From the human T2T-CHM13v2.0 reference genome, Homo sapiens, in assembly GCF_009914755.1 (NCBI RefSeq), contig NC_060935.1: a stretch of 64,000 nt of DNA; one strand, 5' to 3'. The notes under the pieces were generated by a model that was not told where the DNA came from, searched no databases, and was given only the letters and a program-made list of their open reading frames with translations. Position 1 is the first letter of the stretch. Every line of letters begins with the position of its first letter. Shown piece after piece: positions 1 to 14,947 of this stretch. A program made the translations under genes and the position numbers.

Positions 1-775
1 CACTTCTGTCCATACAGATGGTGGTAGCAATTTCAGAAAGTTTTTTTCCGAAAATTAGGAAGCAAGGCTGTTAGCTGAAAGTGAGGACAGGGGAGTGCTG
101 GCAGGCTGAGAAGAGAAGGTGGAAGACAGCCATCCCAGAAGCCATGGAGAATGAGGGGACTGTCTGCAGGGCAGATTATCTAGTCATAATATTCACTTTC
201 AATTCCACATACCAGTTATGAAAAGCTTCTTTTACCCCAGAAATTCAGCTAGCAAGTATCTACTCTCCCTGATGTCAATCAATTTTCATTACAAATACTT
301 AGGACAAAGAGACACTAGATAATGAATAAGAGGTAATATTAACAAATAAGAGAGAAGGTTCTGTGGGTTCCAATCTCAGCTCTACCATTTTATTTACTAT
401 TTATCTGTGCAAGTGATTTAAAATCTTTGTGTTTAATATAACACATTTAGCCAAGTTCCTGACATATGTGTTCAATAAATGCCACTATTATGAAATGTGT
501 TCAGAACCTAACTGAATTTTTTTGGAAGATTTTTTAGCAAGTTAGAAAATCTTATTTCAAAATGTTTATGTATGAAACTATAAAATTTTGATCTCTTATA
601 ATACCTTCACAACAAAATCAAATAACAGTGGAATCATCCCCAAAGACTTGTTTTCAAAATGCTATCTACAAAACAACAGTGTCTTTCAAACAGAAGTTAC
701 CTCCTTTTTTCTATCATGAACATTATCTTTAACTTGAAGGGGCAGATTAACTGTACCTTCTGCTAAATATCTTCT

Positions 776-1075
776 TTTTTTTTTTTCCAGAGTCTTGCTC
801 TGTCACCCAGGCTGGAGTGCAGTGGTGTGATCTCCACTCACTGTAAGCTCCACCTCCTAGGTTCATGCCATTCTCCTGCCTCAGCCTCCTGAGTAGCTGG
901 GACTACAGGCACCCACCACCATGCCTGGCTATTTTTTTTTTTTTTGTATTTTTAGTAGAGACGGGGTTTCTTTCACCGTGTTAGCCAGGATGGTCACGAT
1001 CTCCTGACCTCGTGATCTGCCCACCTCGGCCTTCCAGAGTGCTGGGATTACAGGCGTGAGCCATTGCACCCGGCC
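776..1075 (-). mobile_element. AluY
   Basis: Full dimer with Y diagnostics; TSD ta(a/t)atatcttct at 764-775 and 1076-1087. Confidence 0.92.
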
Positions 1076-1739
1076 TATATATCTTCTAAGTATCATACTA
1101 CTGAGACACTTGTCATCATAGGAAAGGTCAGCAATCTGAAATGCATATCCTTTTATAAAGGAAAATGTAAACAGCAAAAATTTACTTAAGGGTTGGGAGG
1201 TAGCTGGAGGTAATTAAAACATGAGATAGTAAACAATTCCAAGTTTGCTATCAGGCACTACCAGCCTAGGGATTTATGGATTGTTGCCTGCAATAGGGAA
1301 ATTCTCACAGGCATCTACTCTCCTTGAGCCCTTGCTTCCTACTCAGTTGTTAGGCCCTTTCTATTTCCTACTCCTTGCCCCAGCTGCTAGCCTACAATTC
1401 CCTAATTTCTATTAAAATAGTACATAGAGAGGTTCAGTTCTTCATACTTTCATCCGCCCCCCCATCCAAAGTGGCCTCTGGATGGGCCTTTGCACAAAGA
1501 AACACTCACTGAAGTGCTCTGCTTAAAGAAGATAAACCATTGTGGTCTCCACTGTTAATTACAAAAAAGTTGCCACAAACTTTGAAATTACAATAATTTT
1601 TAAGATTTAATATTTTTAATCTAATACTTAGTCAGGATTCAGACTTTCTCCTTCCATACCCCGCATTTAAACACCAGGGTTAGATCTTCCTGTCCTATAC
1701 TTCCACAATTCTCAGCTCACACCTCTCATAGATATTACC

Positions 1740-2985
1740 AGACTGCATTTCTGCAACGTGTTTATGTGCCTTTCTCCTAAGTTATGAATTTGGCTCATCC
1801 ATTTTTGAGTCTCAATATTTAACACAAATCCAGGCACAAAACGGCATTATTTTTGGTATAAATTAATAAATAAGCAGACGACTAAATGAAGTGACAAACC
1901 AGAACATCTCAATTCTCATAAGTTATTTTGTGCACAAAAATTATATTATTTCAATATCCTGCTGAGGACATTATGTAGAATATAATACAAACAATTTGAA
2001 ATTAAACTACTTCTCAGAATCTGTGTTACCAGTTTCCTAGCTGTTCTCTCTGACTTCAAGCTATCTAATCTCTGTACAAATATATTCTGCATGGTGCTTT
2101 TAGGATAATCCTTCCTAAATACTACTTTCAACATCACTCCTTTACTGAGTAAAATGATCATGTACTTCCTATTTCTGAAGGTGACGTCCCCCACCCCCAC
2201 AATTCTCTGTGTCGCTTTCATCACCCTTCTCAATTGGTTCCAATCTACCCATTGAACCCATTCCTCTCTCCACAACCCTGGCTCAGGTCCTTAGTGCACC
2301 ATCCCCAGACTGTTTTCCTTGTCCCTTACCTTTCTGACATTAATCTTTCCAATATACTGCTGATATACTAATTTTCTTAAATATTAAAATATGCCACTAC
2401 ACTGCCCAAAAAATATTTAGGGGCTTCTCACTCTTTACTCAATTAATTGTAAACACCCCATTGTGCATTCCACATTTTCTTGACCTTCTGTTTTATAATA
2501 ATCCTCACCATTCCTTTAAAGCAGTGGTAAGCTAACTTTTTTGGGGGTGGGGATAAGGGGTCACTGATCTCTTTCAAAACCTCATGAAAAGAATTATCCT
2601 AGAAAAAACACAAATAATTTATATATAATCGTAAGGGATTCTGACCATGTTCCATGCTTTAGCCAAATTGTCCTTCTGCTCAGTCTGTAGTTTTTGTTTA
2701 CAAAAGCCATTACAATTCTTGCTATCAAAAATTTCATGCATTCTCAGCAGCCCATCTAGCATGCTATCCTTTCCATAAAAACACATTTTGGTCTCCCTAG
2801 CTAAATATGATCTTTTTCCCCTTGAAATCAAAAACACATTTGATTTATATATTACCTATATTATACTTGAATATGGGATAAACTCCATGATTGAACGAAA
2901 ACTATATGAAGTTAGGTAATATGGCTTATTTATCTTTTATAGCTCCCTGTAGAACCCAGCATGGTACTAAGAATTTATTAAAAAT
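1740..2985 (+). mobile_element. Cluster of degraded L2 fragments
   Basis: L2 3'-end-like motifs (...aacacaaatccaggcaca...aattaataaataa; agaacccagcatggtact); boundaries approximate. Confidence 0.4.
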
Positions 2986-2995
2986 GATAAGAATA

Positions 2996-3285
2996 GGCTG
3001 GGCGCTGTTGCTCACGCCTGTAATCCCAGCACTTTGGGATGCCAAGGTGGGAGGATCACTTCAGGTCAGGAGTTCAAGAGCAACCTGGCCAACATGGTGA
3101 AACCCCATCTCTACTAAAACTACAAAAATTAGTGTGTGTGGTGGTACATGCCTGTAATCCCAGCTACTCGGGAGGCTGAGGCAGGAGAATCACTTGAACC
3201 CAGGAGGCAGAGTGCAGTGAGCTGAGATTGTGCCACTGCACTTCAGCCTGGGCTACAGAGCGGGGACTCCCTCTCAAAAAAAAAA
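2996..3285 (+). mobile_element. AluS (Sx/Sz-like)
   Basis: Dimer plus poly(A); TSD gataagaata at 2986-2995 and 3286-3295. Confidence 0.93.
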
Positions 3286-3392
3286 GATAAGAATAAATGA
3301 TAAGAATTGTTTATAAAAATTTTCAGGGCTGCTACATTGCAAAAAGCCAGCAGGCACCACTCTCAACATAGTCTATAAATCATTTCTGAGTA

Positions 3393-3686
3393 CATGTCCA
3401 AAATCTCTTAGCTGAAATGTATTGGGCCAATTGTGTTTCAAAATTCAAAATTGTTTGTATTTTAGAAAGATAAAATAGAGCAACACTTAATAAAACATTA
3501 TATTTATGCAGCAAAATGTACGAATATTTACATAGACTACAAGATTTCCTCATGTGATTTCAGATCAGATTTTGCTGCCAAACAAATTCACGTCAGGTTA
3601 GGTATTGTTGACAAGTGACTACAACAAAATTTTTGTTTGCAGTGCTTTTTGAATATTGAGATTGTGTGTGAGGAATTGTGGGCCTG
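3393..3686. mobile_element. MER46C-like TcMar-Tigger MITE
   Basis: Degenerate terminal inverted repeats catgtccaaaatctctta / tgaggaattgtgggcctg, left flank TA; body resembles recalled MER46C. Confidence 0.7.
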
Positions 3687-3842
3687 TGTCCATTCTTGGC
3701 TCCATCTAGTCAGGAAGGATTCCTTAATTCATGATACAGAGTAACCTCAAGCTTTTGCTTCAATATTCTTCAAGTTTCATTCTTTGTTAGTCTCTTTCAA
3801 CATTCTAGGGTACCTGAAGGTGAAAAGTGGCACATATGGTCA

Positions 3843-4280
<438 letters not shown>

Positions 4281-4349
4281 TCATCAGAAATTGGAAGTCT
4301 CTCATCCTGACAGTAAGCACTTAGTTATTTTCTTTTAGATAGCTCTCTA

Positions 4350-5170
4350 TACCTAGCAAGATCAAATGGGTACAATTTTTTACCCAGAATGATATTGTTC
4401 CTTGCTTTTTCATAAAATCAAATATTTTAGAGACTTCTTGACATCTGTAGTATAGACAGCTAACTCACTCTTTTCATTGCAAGGGTATACCACAATTTGC
4501 TAATCTCTTTTTAACAGACATTTGGGCTGTATTCAGTTTCTCAGTATTATAAATAATGTAATACTGCAATAAACATCCACCTACAGGTATTCTAGAGTTC
4601 TGTAAGGATGAGTTTCTAGAAGTAGAATTGTTGGGCCAAAGTAACGCATATTTTAATTGACAATACCAAACTATCTTCAGATTCTCCAATGGTCATTATT
4701 TGTTATTCATTATTATTCCAGTACTCAAATTGCTGAAATTCCCATTATTATTTTAATCAGTAATGCTTATTAGTGAGTTGAGCCTTCTTCATACTTCTGT
4801 GGGCTGTATTTTGTGAACTGTCTTAATATTTTTTGTTCATTTTTCTTCCTGTTTGTCTTTTTCTTGATTTGTAAGAATATTTTGTATATGGGTAATAATT
4901 TCCTTTTGATTTACATATATGTTACAGTTTCCTAATTTGTTGTTGTCTTTGACTTTATGAATTTTTTGCCTTATATAAGAAATTTGAGATTACATAGCAA
5001 ATGGAGCAAATTTGTTTTTGAATTCTGGATTTTATATCAAATTTAGAAAGTTTTCCATCCCAAGACTATAAATACATACCTCCATCATCTTTCCATACTT
5101 TTAGGTTTCTTTTCTTCAAATAAAAAAAAAATTAAGTTGTTGACCCACCTGAAATTTTTCTTGTGTATAA
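4350..5170 (-). mobile_element. Old L1M (ME-like) 3' fragment
   Basis: Antisense L1 3' motifs (gacatttgggctgt...caataaacatcc...agtagaattgttgggccaaag). Confidence 0.65.
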
Positions 5171-5299
5171 TACGCCAGGAGTCACAATATTATTATATTA
5201 AAAAACTATCAAAAATAAACGTTTCTTAATTACTGTCTCTGTTTTTAAAGGCTTTGAATAAATCTTACTAGCTCAATAAACTACCTTTTCTAACTACTG

Positions 5300-5845
5300 C
5301 AGACACATCTCTGCCAGTACTACTATTAATTGGGGTAAGTTAACTAACTTCTGAGTCTTTGCTTACATATGAAGTGGAAATGGTAAATTCTACTTTTTAG
5401 GATTGTTGTGAAGAATAGAAATATTAAATATAAAGCATTTAGCATGGTTTCTATTATATATAGGCAATCAGTAATGACAACTCTTGGTACTTTCCTCTCT
5501 AGTTCACTTATAGCACCCTAAGTCTGCAACACACAATTTAATCAAACACTAAATTTGCAGTGTTGTCTGTTAATCACTCACTTCCACACACACACTGCAG
5601 GCTCCTTGAAATCAAAGACTGTATCTTTTCCTGCAAAGGAATATCCAGTGGAAGTTAAGGGCATTGACTCCAGGAGTGGAGTTCTGCTCTACTGTTGACT
5701 AACTGAACAAATCTTATCTGTAAAATGAGAAAAATAGAACCTGTCTCATAGGTTTGTTGCAAGAGTTAAATGAGTTAGTAAACAAAGAGACATTAGAAGA
5801 GTACCTGAATTTAGTAAACACTCAATAAATGATAACCATTATTTT
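5300..5845 (+). mobile_element. MIR fragments
   Basis: MIR core (atctgtaaaatgaga...ctcataggtttgttgcaagagttaaatgag...cactcaataaat). Confidence 0.6.
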
Positions 5846-6429
5846 TACCCTTTAATTTTTATATTTCGTACAAATGCTACAGCACTGTTTTGAGCTCACG
5901 GTCCATACTCACTACATGTGTATTCTATCTCATAAATAAATCACTTGGTTATAGAAGAGTAAATAGCATGAAAAGTATTTGCATTTTTTTCCTAAAGAAA
6001 TAATGATTACTAGTAAATACTATGCTTTAAGAAAAAAGTTATGATTCCTTAAAATGTCATATAAAGTACACAACACAAGACGCTGTAGTAGCAGTTAAAA
6101 ATAAAGCTCAAAACCTGTTAATTTTTTAAAATTGAGCATTAAAATGTACTTGTTTTGCAGGAGTTAAAATAAAAAGGAAAACCCAATAGGCTATTTACAT
6201 ATCACTTATTAAAAAGCATAACATCTCATCAGAGGAGAAAAAAATGTCTTGATGATAGATTATATGAAGTATGCATTATATAGTTAATTATATGAGGGCC
6301 ATCTAGCCACAAGAAGGATATTGTGTTCATCGGCCTCTCCTCAAATTAGGTAGATAGGGAAGATATACAGAGTATGTGACTTTCTGATGTTCTTAAATGA
6401 CAATGGAGTTTAAAAACCAAGATGTAAAC

Positions 6430-6787
6430 CAGCAGTCCTCAACCTTTTTGGTATCAGGGACCAGTTTTGTGGAATACAATTTTTCCATGGATGGTGTGGG
6501 ATGGTTTCTGGATGAAATTGTTCTACCACAGATCATCAGGTATTAGATTCTCATAAGAAGTGCGCAACCTAGATCCCTTGCATGCAGAATTCACAATAGG
6601 GTTCTCACTCTTATGAGAATCTAAGGCTGCTGCTGATGTGACAGGGAGGCGGAGCTCAGTCTGTAATTCTCGCTTGGCCACTGCTCACCTCCTGCTTTGT
6701 GGCCCACTTCCTAACAGGCCATGGGCCCGCACCGGACCATGGACTGGCTGTGGTACCAGTCCACATCCTAGGGGTTGGAAATCCCTT
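6430..6787. mobile_element. MER1B hAT-Charlie DNA transposon
   Basis: TIRs cagcagtcctcaacc / ggttggaaatccctt; 8-bp TSD atgtaaac / gtgtaaat. Confidence 0.85.
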
Positions 6788-7364
6788 GTGTAAATGATTA
6801 GTGTGCCTATTTTTGAGTGTCTGTCTTAAGTGTCAATTATTTCAATCAATCCTTTAAAGAAGTGACTGATAAAAGATTCCCTGGAGTTACTTTGTTTTTT
6901 TTCTGACAAAAGCAAAAGCTCTATAACTCAGATGTGATTTTCGGCTAATAATGTGGCCATGCTGTTAGAAGAGTGAGCAGTTGGACTTTAAATCTTGATC
7001 ACAAATGGTCATCTCGTCTTTGCACAAATGCCAAAAAGATACCAGCAAATAGAGCCAAAAAACTTCTTAGGAGTCACTCGAATAAATACTTGATTGAGAT
7101 CTAAGGGTTTCCTGTTATAAAGGAGTGCTTTTTAAAAAAAGGTTGGCTGAGAATCCTTTGTCCCAATAAAAATCTCAAGTGGAAATATAAACCAAATAAA
7201 GAAATACAGAGCTGTTCTGAGTAGAAGAAGGAACTTGACTGAGTTAAGGAGCACAATTTGAAAACCAGTCTCCTATAAGAGACCATGTATTTATCTGAAA
7301 AAGTATAAAGTAATTAATATTTGCTCAAATACAAAACAGTCTAGGAAAACAGCACAGAAGCAGG

Positions 7365-7560
7365 AATTTAAGATACAGAAGTTAGAGTCAGACCTCCTGA
7401 ATAGTAGAAACCTCTCTTTACACCCATCTGTAAAATATAGATACTAACAGAACCTCCACCTCAAAGGACTCTTACAAGGATTAATTGAGCTAATCCAGTG
7501 AAGCAGTTAAAACAGTGCCTGGGTTATAGTGAAGGCGACTTAAGTGACTATTAAATGAAT
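7365..7560 (+). mobile_element. MIR
   Basis: agagtcagacct...catctgtaaaat...aaaacagtgcctgg. Confidence 0.55.
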
Positions 7561-9389
7561 AAGCCTCTTGCACAACATCAAGATATGTTAGCAGAATAAA
7601 CTGCCATTCTTCTCCATGTGTCTAACTGAATACTACGGTGTGTTGGCCACGGCTCTGGCATAACTTGTATCAAGGTATTCTCATGTTCACTAGTTGTACC
7701 ACAGGTTTGTTCTGTTTTGTTTTCTTCTTCTTGGTTTTGTGCATGTCAAAGACAGGGTCTGCATACATTTTCATCTTCAGTCCCAGCACAAGCAACTTTT
7801 AAATGTAGGATCAATACAGGTATCTGAAGTGAATAAATTAGTGAATCAAATCATCTTAGCAGCAGGTAGAAAGCTAATCATCTAGTTCATTTAGAACTGT
7901 ATCAAAATACTTCAATATATTCTGGAAAGAGAAGCAAGACATGTACCAAAGGAGAAATGTACAAAAAGGGTTTACTCAAGTAATAGTGTAATTAGTAATT
8001 CCTAAATATAATGATTTTTCATATTATGAAATATTAAGCAGTGGTTAAAAAAACAAGTTGGAACTACATATATGAACAATAGAGCTTCAAGTCATTTTTG
8101 TATCAAAATAACATGATGCATAAATTATGATATATAATACCATTTATATATTAACATACCCCAGAGAACATATTCCACACACACATACACATGGGAAAAA
8201 CTGAGGTAGAGGTATAGAAAGATGGTAGGCAAGGGAACAGATTAGAGGTATTGATCAAGAGGACTTAAGCCTTATTGATAACATTTTCATTTTTTAAAGG
8301 AGATGGATTTTTGTGTTACTTGAGTAATTAAAGTACAATGATTCAGTGGCCAGAACAGGAGCAGTTATTAGCACTAGCACGCATGGCTAATACCACTGCT
8401 TCTCCTCTGGCTCTTGTAGTGGTATTAAAGTACATGTTCTGAAAGAGTATTAAAAATCTGGGAGCTCTAAATAACCAAATATGAACAGATGACACCAAAT
8501 GCTATCTTTTTAACCATTTCTTTTTCAGTACAGTAGAGATTTCAATGAACCACAATGTAAAGTGGTGCTTAAAACCAGTCTATCATTATCCATGCTAAAT
8601 AGTAAACTGAGAGACCTCAGCTTGAAAAGAAATTGGATATAGAGTTTTGAAATAAAATCTAGTGAATTACTACATATTTATTTTTAGGGTAATGTGAAAG
8701 CTGCTATAGAGCAGACTCTATTGGAGATTAAATGAATATAAATAAGATTATTGGCAAAATATCTTCTCAGAGCCCAAATATTATTCAAATTCAAATAGAT
8801 TATAGTAGAAGAGATTGCTGGATGATCTGTGCACTACAAAAGATGGAGAAAGCATTACAGAGCTCTAAATATAGAACAAATAAATCACAGAAGTTGCTGA
8901 TGAAAAATTGGATGTTCAATCTTTCTCTTTCTGATGCTGTATCAAGGAGAACTATGCTACCAAACCAGTTTTCATTACTAGCCTATGACACCAAGTATAC
9001 CCAACTTTTGAAAGAAACACTTTATTCATAAAAGTATTTCATTTCTGTCTAGTTTCCTCTGCAGTCTATTTATTGTGATGTCTAGGTCTGAAAAACTTTC
9101 CCCATTATCTGACAGAGGGGTCAATTCTCTAGTTGTCCAAACATTGCATAAACGAATCACTTACCACATGTGCAATTAGTCATGTGTACACAAATAGGTA
9201 AAATGTCTCTCTCCACCACCACACTATAAACTTTAGTCAACAGCCAGCAAGGTCTCTCGTTTTACTGTGGTTTCACCAGTACCTAACATAGTGCCTGGCG
9301 CATGGCAGGTACTCAATAAATACATGAACTAATGTAATTAAGGTAATTACTTCATGAACAATTAATATATGAATAAAAGAATGAGGACA

Positions 9390-9715
<326 letters not shown>

Positions 9716-10544
9716 TCAATACCTACTTAGCTTAGTGTCTTCTAAGTAATACATTTCAATTGTATTATAACATGTGTTTAATGATATTACACCAAATGTA
9801 TTCACAACAAATGCTGTCACTGAGTAAAGCATCCAAAAAATAAAAGTGTGGCATTATCAGTTATGATGACTGGATCATGTAGCAGTTATCTACTGGATGC
9901 CTAGTATATTCCTAGCACTGGGCTGGTTACTGTGTACTGGCAAAGATAAGCCATTGAGAAATAGTCCTTTCCTTCATCATACCAGGTTAGTAGTCTGCAT
10001 TTGTAGGACTGGCAGGTCATGATTACTTCCTCTCTTTGGAAGGCATTAAGTCAATTCCTGGTCCTTTCATGGTTCACTCCAAACCTACAAGTCTTGGTAA
10101 AGGAATGCAATGGGCTATCCAACCAACTGGTTTTTGGCCAATACTATATCCTAAACAGTTCAATTAGCTTAAAAGAAATCATTTTTCCCAACTCCTTTCT
10201 CCCATTTCCTGAGTGGTATCTTATTTCTTTATCTCTTCTCTCTTCTGTCTCATATCCAGGGAAACCCAGTCATCCAGAATGACTTTATAGGCTTTATCAC
10301 CTCCCTCTCCTAACATGGGAGGGAGGTGAAGAAACTGGCTGTTGGCTCCTGCTTATGTCTTCTTATTGCTGCCCTAAATGTGAAGTTAATATGATCCATC
10401 CTTTTATATCACACACTTCTCATTACCCCTGCTCTTGCATTCTCCTTTAGGATTCACTTTTACCTTCCTAGATGTTTCATCACTTGGCTCACATCTTTTC
10501 TTCTAACCCTCTATTGTTTTTCTTTGACTGCATTTCCTATTATG

Positions 10545-10790
10545 AGAAAGGAAGCACAGTGGTCAAGGGCCGGGATTCTGGATTCATACCACCTGGATTT
10601 GAATCCTGACTTTACCATTTCCTAAGTGTATTAAGACAGCTTAACATCTACAGGTCTTAGTTTCCTCATTTGTAAAGTGGGAGTAATAATAATAATACCA
10701 ACATTATAACAACTAAATAAGTTAAGACCTGCAAAGCACTGAAATAGTCACTGGCACAGAGAAAGCATTTTATAATGCCATCATTTTCAT
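10545..10790 (+). mobile_element. MIR
   Basis: ctggatttgaatcctgact...tagtttcctcatttgtaaagtggg...ctggcacagagaaagc. Confidence 0.7.
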
Positions 10791-13520
10791 TCTCATCCTT
10801 GGCAACATTAGTATCCATATTGTTGCCTGTTTACTTTAAACTTCTGGCCATATTGGCATCCACACACAGCGCCACCTTGAACCAGCTCATCACGCAGCAT
10901 TGCTTTATTGAAGATTTTGAACCTGATATAAGTCCTTCTACTTATCTTTCTCATTCCTGAAAACTCCTAGAACATTCTCTATATTCTCTTGCCTTAAATT
11001 ACCGATTCTCCAAATTCACCCAAACACTAGCAATCTAGTTTCTCAAACTTTAACTCTCTCAATTTCCTAATGTGAACATTCAATGCTTAGTCAGTGTAAT
11101 CTTAATTTCTTCACTCTTCTTTGACTGTATACACTTAAAGCTCTCCTCAATGCCTAGAAAGCTTATTTGTCCTTTACTAATCAAATGTTCATATCTTCCA
11201 TGTAGACTTCTTCATCATTCAAGAATATACATATTTCAACCCATAACCACCTCGCTCTGTCCAAATACAAAAACTCACAAACCACACAGATCTCATATAC
11301 ATTACAGAATTGCTTACTTGGGCATTTACTGAGAATCTTTATTTAGATGTTTTATGTGCATATGTTACCTCCCTAACTATATTACAAGTTCCTTGAAAGT
11401 AGAAATGTCAATGGAAACTGATAATATGTCAGGCCTTCTTTTACATACTTTACAAATATCAGCTCATTTAATCTTTATAGCAACCCTAAGAAATAGCCAC
11501 TGTTATCCTCATTTTATCTCAAGGCAGAGAAAAGTGAAGTCAGGGAAAGTGTATCTTTGGCATAAATTGCTGAATGAAGGAACTTACTAATGTAGTTCAT
11601 AATCTTGTTCTAGTTTCATGAATGATTTATCTGCATCAATCTTAAGCAACTCTTTGTAATTATTGCTAAATAAAGGTGCTTCACTTCTAGTACTCAAGAC
11701 TATAGGACCATGCCAACAGCCGGAGTCCAACAAATGCTTTCTAAGAGTACATTTGGAAAGACTTCGTCTACAGTTTTGGATGCTATTCTAACAAAATGAC
11801 GGGAAAGCATTTGTATTTTAGTTAGGGTGCTCTTTGTTCTATATATGCACTTTATGAAATAACTTCTGTGAATCAAACAGTTTATATATCTACTTTTGCA
11901 TATCATCTCTGATTTACAAGCGCTGCAATGTAAAAATATTTAACCTATGTTTACTAACAATCAGCTACTAACTAGTTTTGTGACCTTTGGAAACTCATAT
12001 TTATGTCTTTGAGATTTGCTTATCTTTCAAAAGAAGGAGCTGGGGTAGGACAAATTGGGCTTAAGAGGATTCTAAGGGAGTCATTCACTTATAAAATTAT
12101 ACTATCCTTAGGAGACTTTAAGAAGAGAGGAAATCATATTAATGCAGAAGGCAATGTTTAAGAAACCAGAACCAAAGTCAGATAAAAATGGTAACTCCAA
12201 TTACCCACTGGAAAACTGACTTTTCCACACAAAGAACTTCCAACTGTAACTGTAAATAAATAATGTCAATGGGTAAGAGCCACTATCAGTTGCCCTATTT
12301 TCTCAAGTACCACTTTTAACACTGCCTCAATTAGTTTAAAATGCAATCAAACCCCCTAAAGCTGAATATGTTCAACATCAGTAAAATACATTCATCTTTT
12401 GTGAGAAAAAATCATGTTCTAAAAATATACAAAGCAAATATTTGTTATGAAGAACTCCTTTGAAAGCTCCCTTAAAGTGAAATTTCCTATTACCTGCTTT
12501 TCTGCTTGTAAGGAGAGGGCTGTTGAAACAAACAAACAAACAAAAATCCTCAGAACAGGAAACAAAAAGCCAACATTCAGATCCTTGGTTCCTTGTCTAG
12601 GTGTGATCTCAGCACTCCAGAGGGAATCCTAAGCTTCATTTTACATAGTTATAGAATACATTTATTGCTGGTATTAAAATATGAAATCTTTCAATGTATT
12701 TTTATCTTCAAATGTAAAGATGTTTGGCTGCTTAGACTTTAGGTAGAAAGAAATTCAAAAATATTTTCTTTGAAAGTTAAAATCTGAAACACACTATGCA
12801 AGTAAATCTGAAATCATTAAGCATGTAAGTTCAATGAGTTTAAAAACATGAAAGTTTTACTTAAAGCAAAATACTTCTTTAGAAATTATGTTACTGTGAT
12901 GTCCAGGTTTTTTATTTTAAACTGTTTAATCCTGTCCTCTTATACACTTACAAAAATATACTGAACAAAAAGAGAATTCAAAAATTTGTTTAGAATTACT
13001 TCTTTGTAAATATTACATAAATATTCATGTAGTCAAAAGACAGTATCATGTAGAAAACTGCATCATATACATGTTGTGATATATGTTCGTGTATGTACAA
13101 ATATGTATACGCATACATGTACATATGTGTCAACTACCATTTTTCTTTTAATCAAAATTTTAAAGTACTGCATACACATATACCTACATAATAGATATAT
13201 AAAAGTACTATTAGAACAAAGCTGTTTCCTCAAAGCTAAGCAGTTAAGGAACAATAGTAGCACTGTCCTCAAGATTTTTATGACTTATGTCTAATACTGA
13301 AAGTGTTAGTCAAAGAGTATGCAATTATAGTACCCAACCACATTCCATTTTGAGTATCATAAATAAAAACATATTGTTAAAATGTCATCATATATTTTAA
13401 ATTATATGGAAATATCACCATTTCTTATAAGAAACAAGGAATAATTGAAATCTATACAATATTAGATGGTCTCCATTTACAATTAAACCAATAATAAAGG
13501 ATCAGGGGAAAGGAGCCTAC

Positions 13521-13672
13521 CTTCCATTGCCCTCTTAAAGAAGACCTTACAGCTCCCACAGGTAAGGACACCATAATGACAGCCTGATGCTTCATCCCCA
13601 CAGATTAAACAAATCTTCTGAGGTAATGACTCGAAGCTGTATTGTGGGCTCTGGCTGGCTTCTGAATCCGGC
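13521..13672 (-). CDS. PGR: PGR exon 2 (152 nt), first C4 zinc finger of the DNA-binding domain
   Basis: Acceptor ATTTCAAG|GCCG completes Arg546 (AG+G). Encodes [50 protein letters not shown] with the 3-ketosteroid-receptor P-box GSCKV. Donor GAAG|GTAGGC. Confidence 0.99.
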
Positions 13673-14947
13673 CTTGAAATGCAAAACAAAGTACTCCATT
13701 TATTTTTAAGTGCACCACTATCTAATACTAAAGGTTTCTTAAACCAGTATTAACAGGGTGAAAGGAGATTTTAAAAACAGAACTGTATATATACACTTGA
13801 AAGACATGCAAACTAAACTTGGTAATAGACTATCCGTAACTGGATTCACCATACTTGCAAATGATTAGCCATTCATCAGTAGCACCAATATAAAAGAACA
13901 ATAATTAGTGTATAATATTATGTCCTAGAAAGTTAAAGTCGGTTAAAAGGAAATCTTTCTACAAAACTCTTTATATAGAAACAATTTAGTCTTTGACAAA
14001 TGAAATGTTATGTCCTTCCTGTCTGTATGCTGGGTCAAAACAAATATGGTTTGGCTTTAAAAGTTCGATGGTACTTTGCAATGTTTTGGTTTTGAGTTTT
14101 TAAAACACAACCCTGTAATCATTGCTTACTTAAGCAAGTATATGTTTGTCATTTTAAAGTATTGTCCAATACACTGACACTGTTTTGCCTATTCACAACA
14201 TAAGATTCCAAACAGAGCATTCTTTTTTTACATTCCATTACTTCAGTATGCAAAGTAGTGTTTTTTAAACCTGTATATAAAAAAAATTGTAGTGAATAGC
14301 AAGCAATAATAAGAAAACGGTGCAATGCAGTGACAGGCGTTTAAATCCACAGTTTAAACATTTCCCACGTGAACTTAATTTTAATCTTGAGATTCTTAAG
14401 AAAACTGAGCCACTGAAGTGTTCAAATCCCTAAGATGGTGCTGCTTTCGGTTCTGGCCGGCCACCTCTCAAGTCCCACCCCTCCCGGGGGAACGGTGCCT
14501 TAACTCCTCTCCAAGACAAGCACTCCTGGTAAACGTCCTTCTTCTAAGAAAGAAGCATTTCATAAAGCCCCCAACTCGCCGCGCACTTTCTGCCCCACTG
14601 GGCTACAGCGGACCTAGTGTGACGCTGCACGTTTTAAATCGGGGTTGGTTCTGCTTCGGAATCTGGAAGATTCGGAAAGTTAAAAAACAAACAAAAAAAC
14701 AGCTTTCAGGGAGGCACGCCCCAAAAATAGTATATTCTGCGCCCACCTTCGTGTCCCCAAGAGTGAGGAGAGGAGGGAAGAAGAAGGGAGGCAACTGCCC
14801 CTGTGCTGTGTCCCGCTGCCCACCCTCTCCGGCCGCCCCGGGGAGCGCAGCGGTGCGCTGGGGCTGGGGCTGAGGGTTGGCGGCCGCTGCCGCCAACGGA
14901 ACCGCTACTCCCGGACGCGCTGGGCGTGCCCCGTCCCGGGCCCTCAC
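13673..14947 (-). other. PGR: PGR intron 1
   Basis: GT...AG interval between exons 1 and 2 with the reading frame preserved. Confidence 0.97.
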
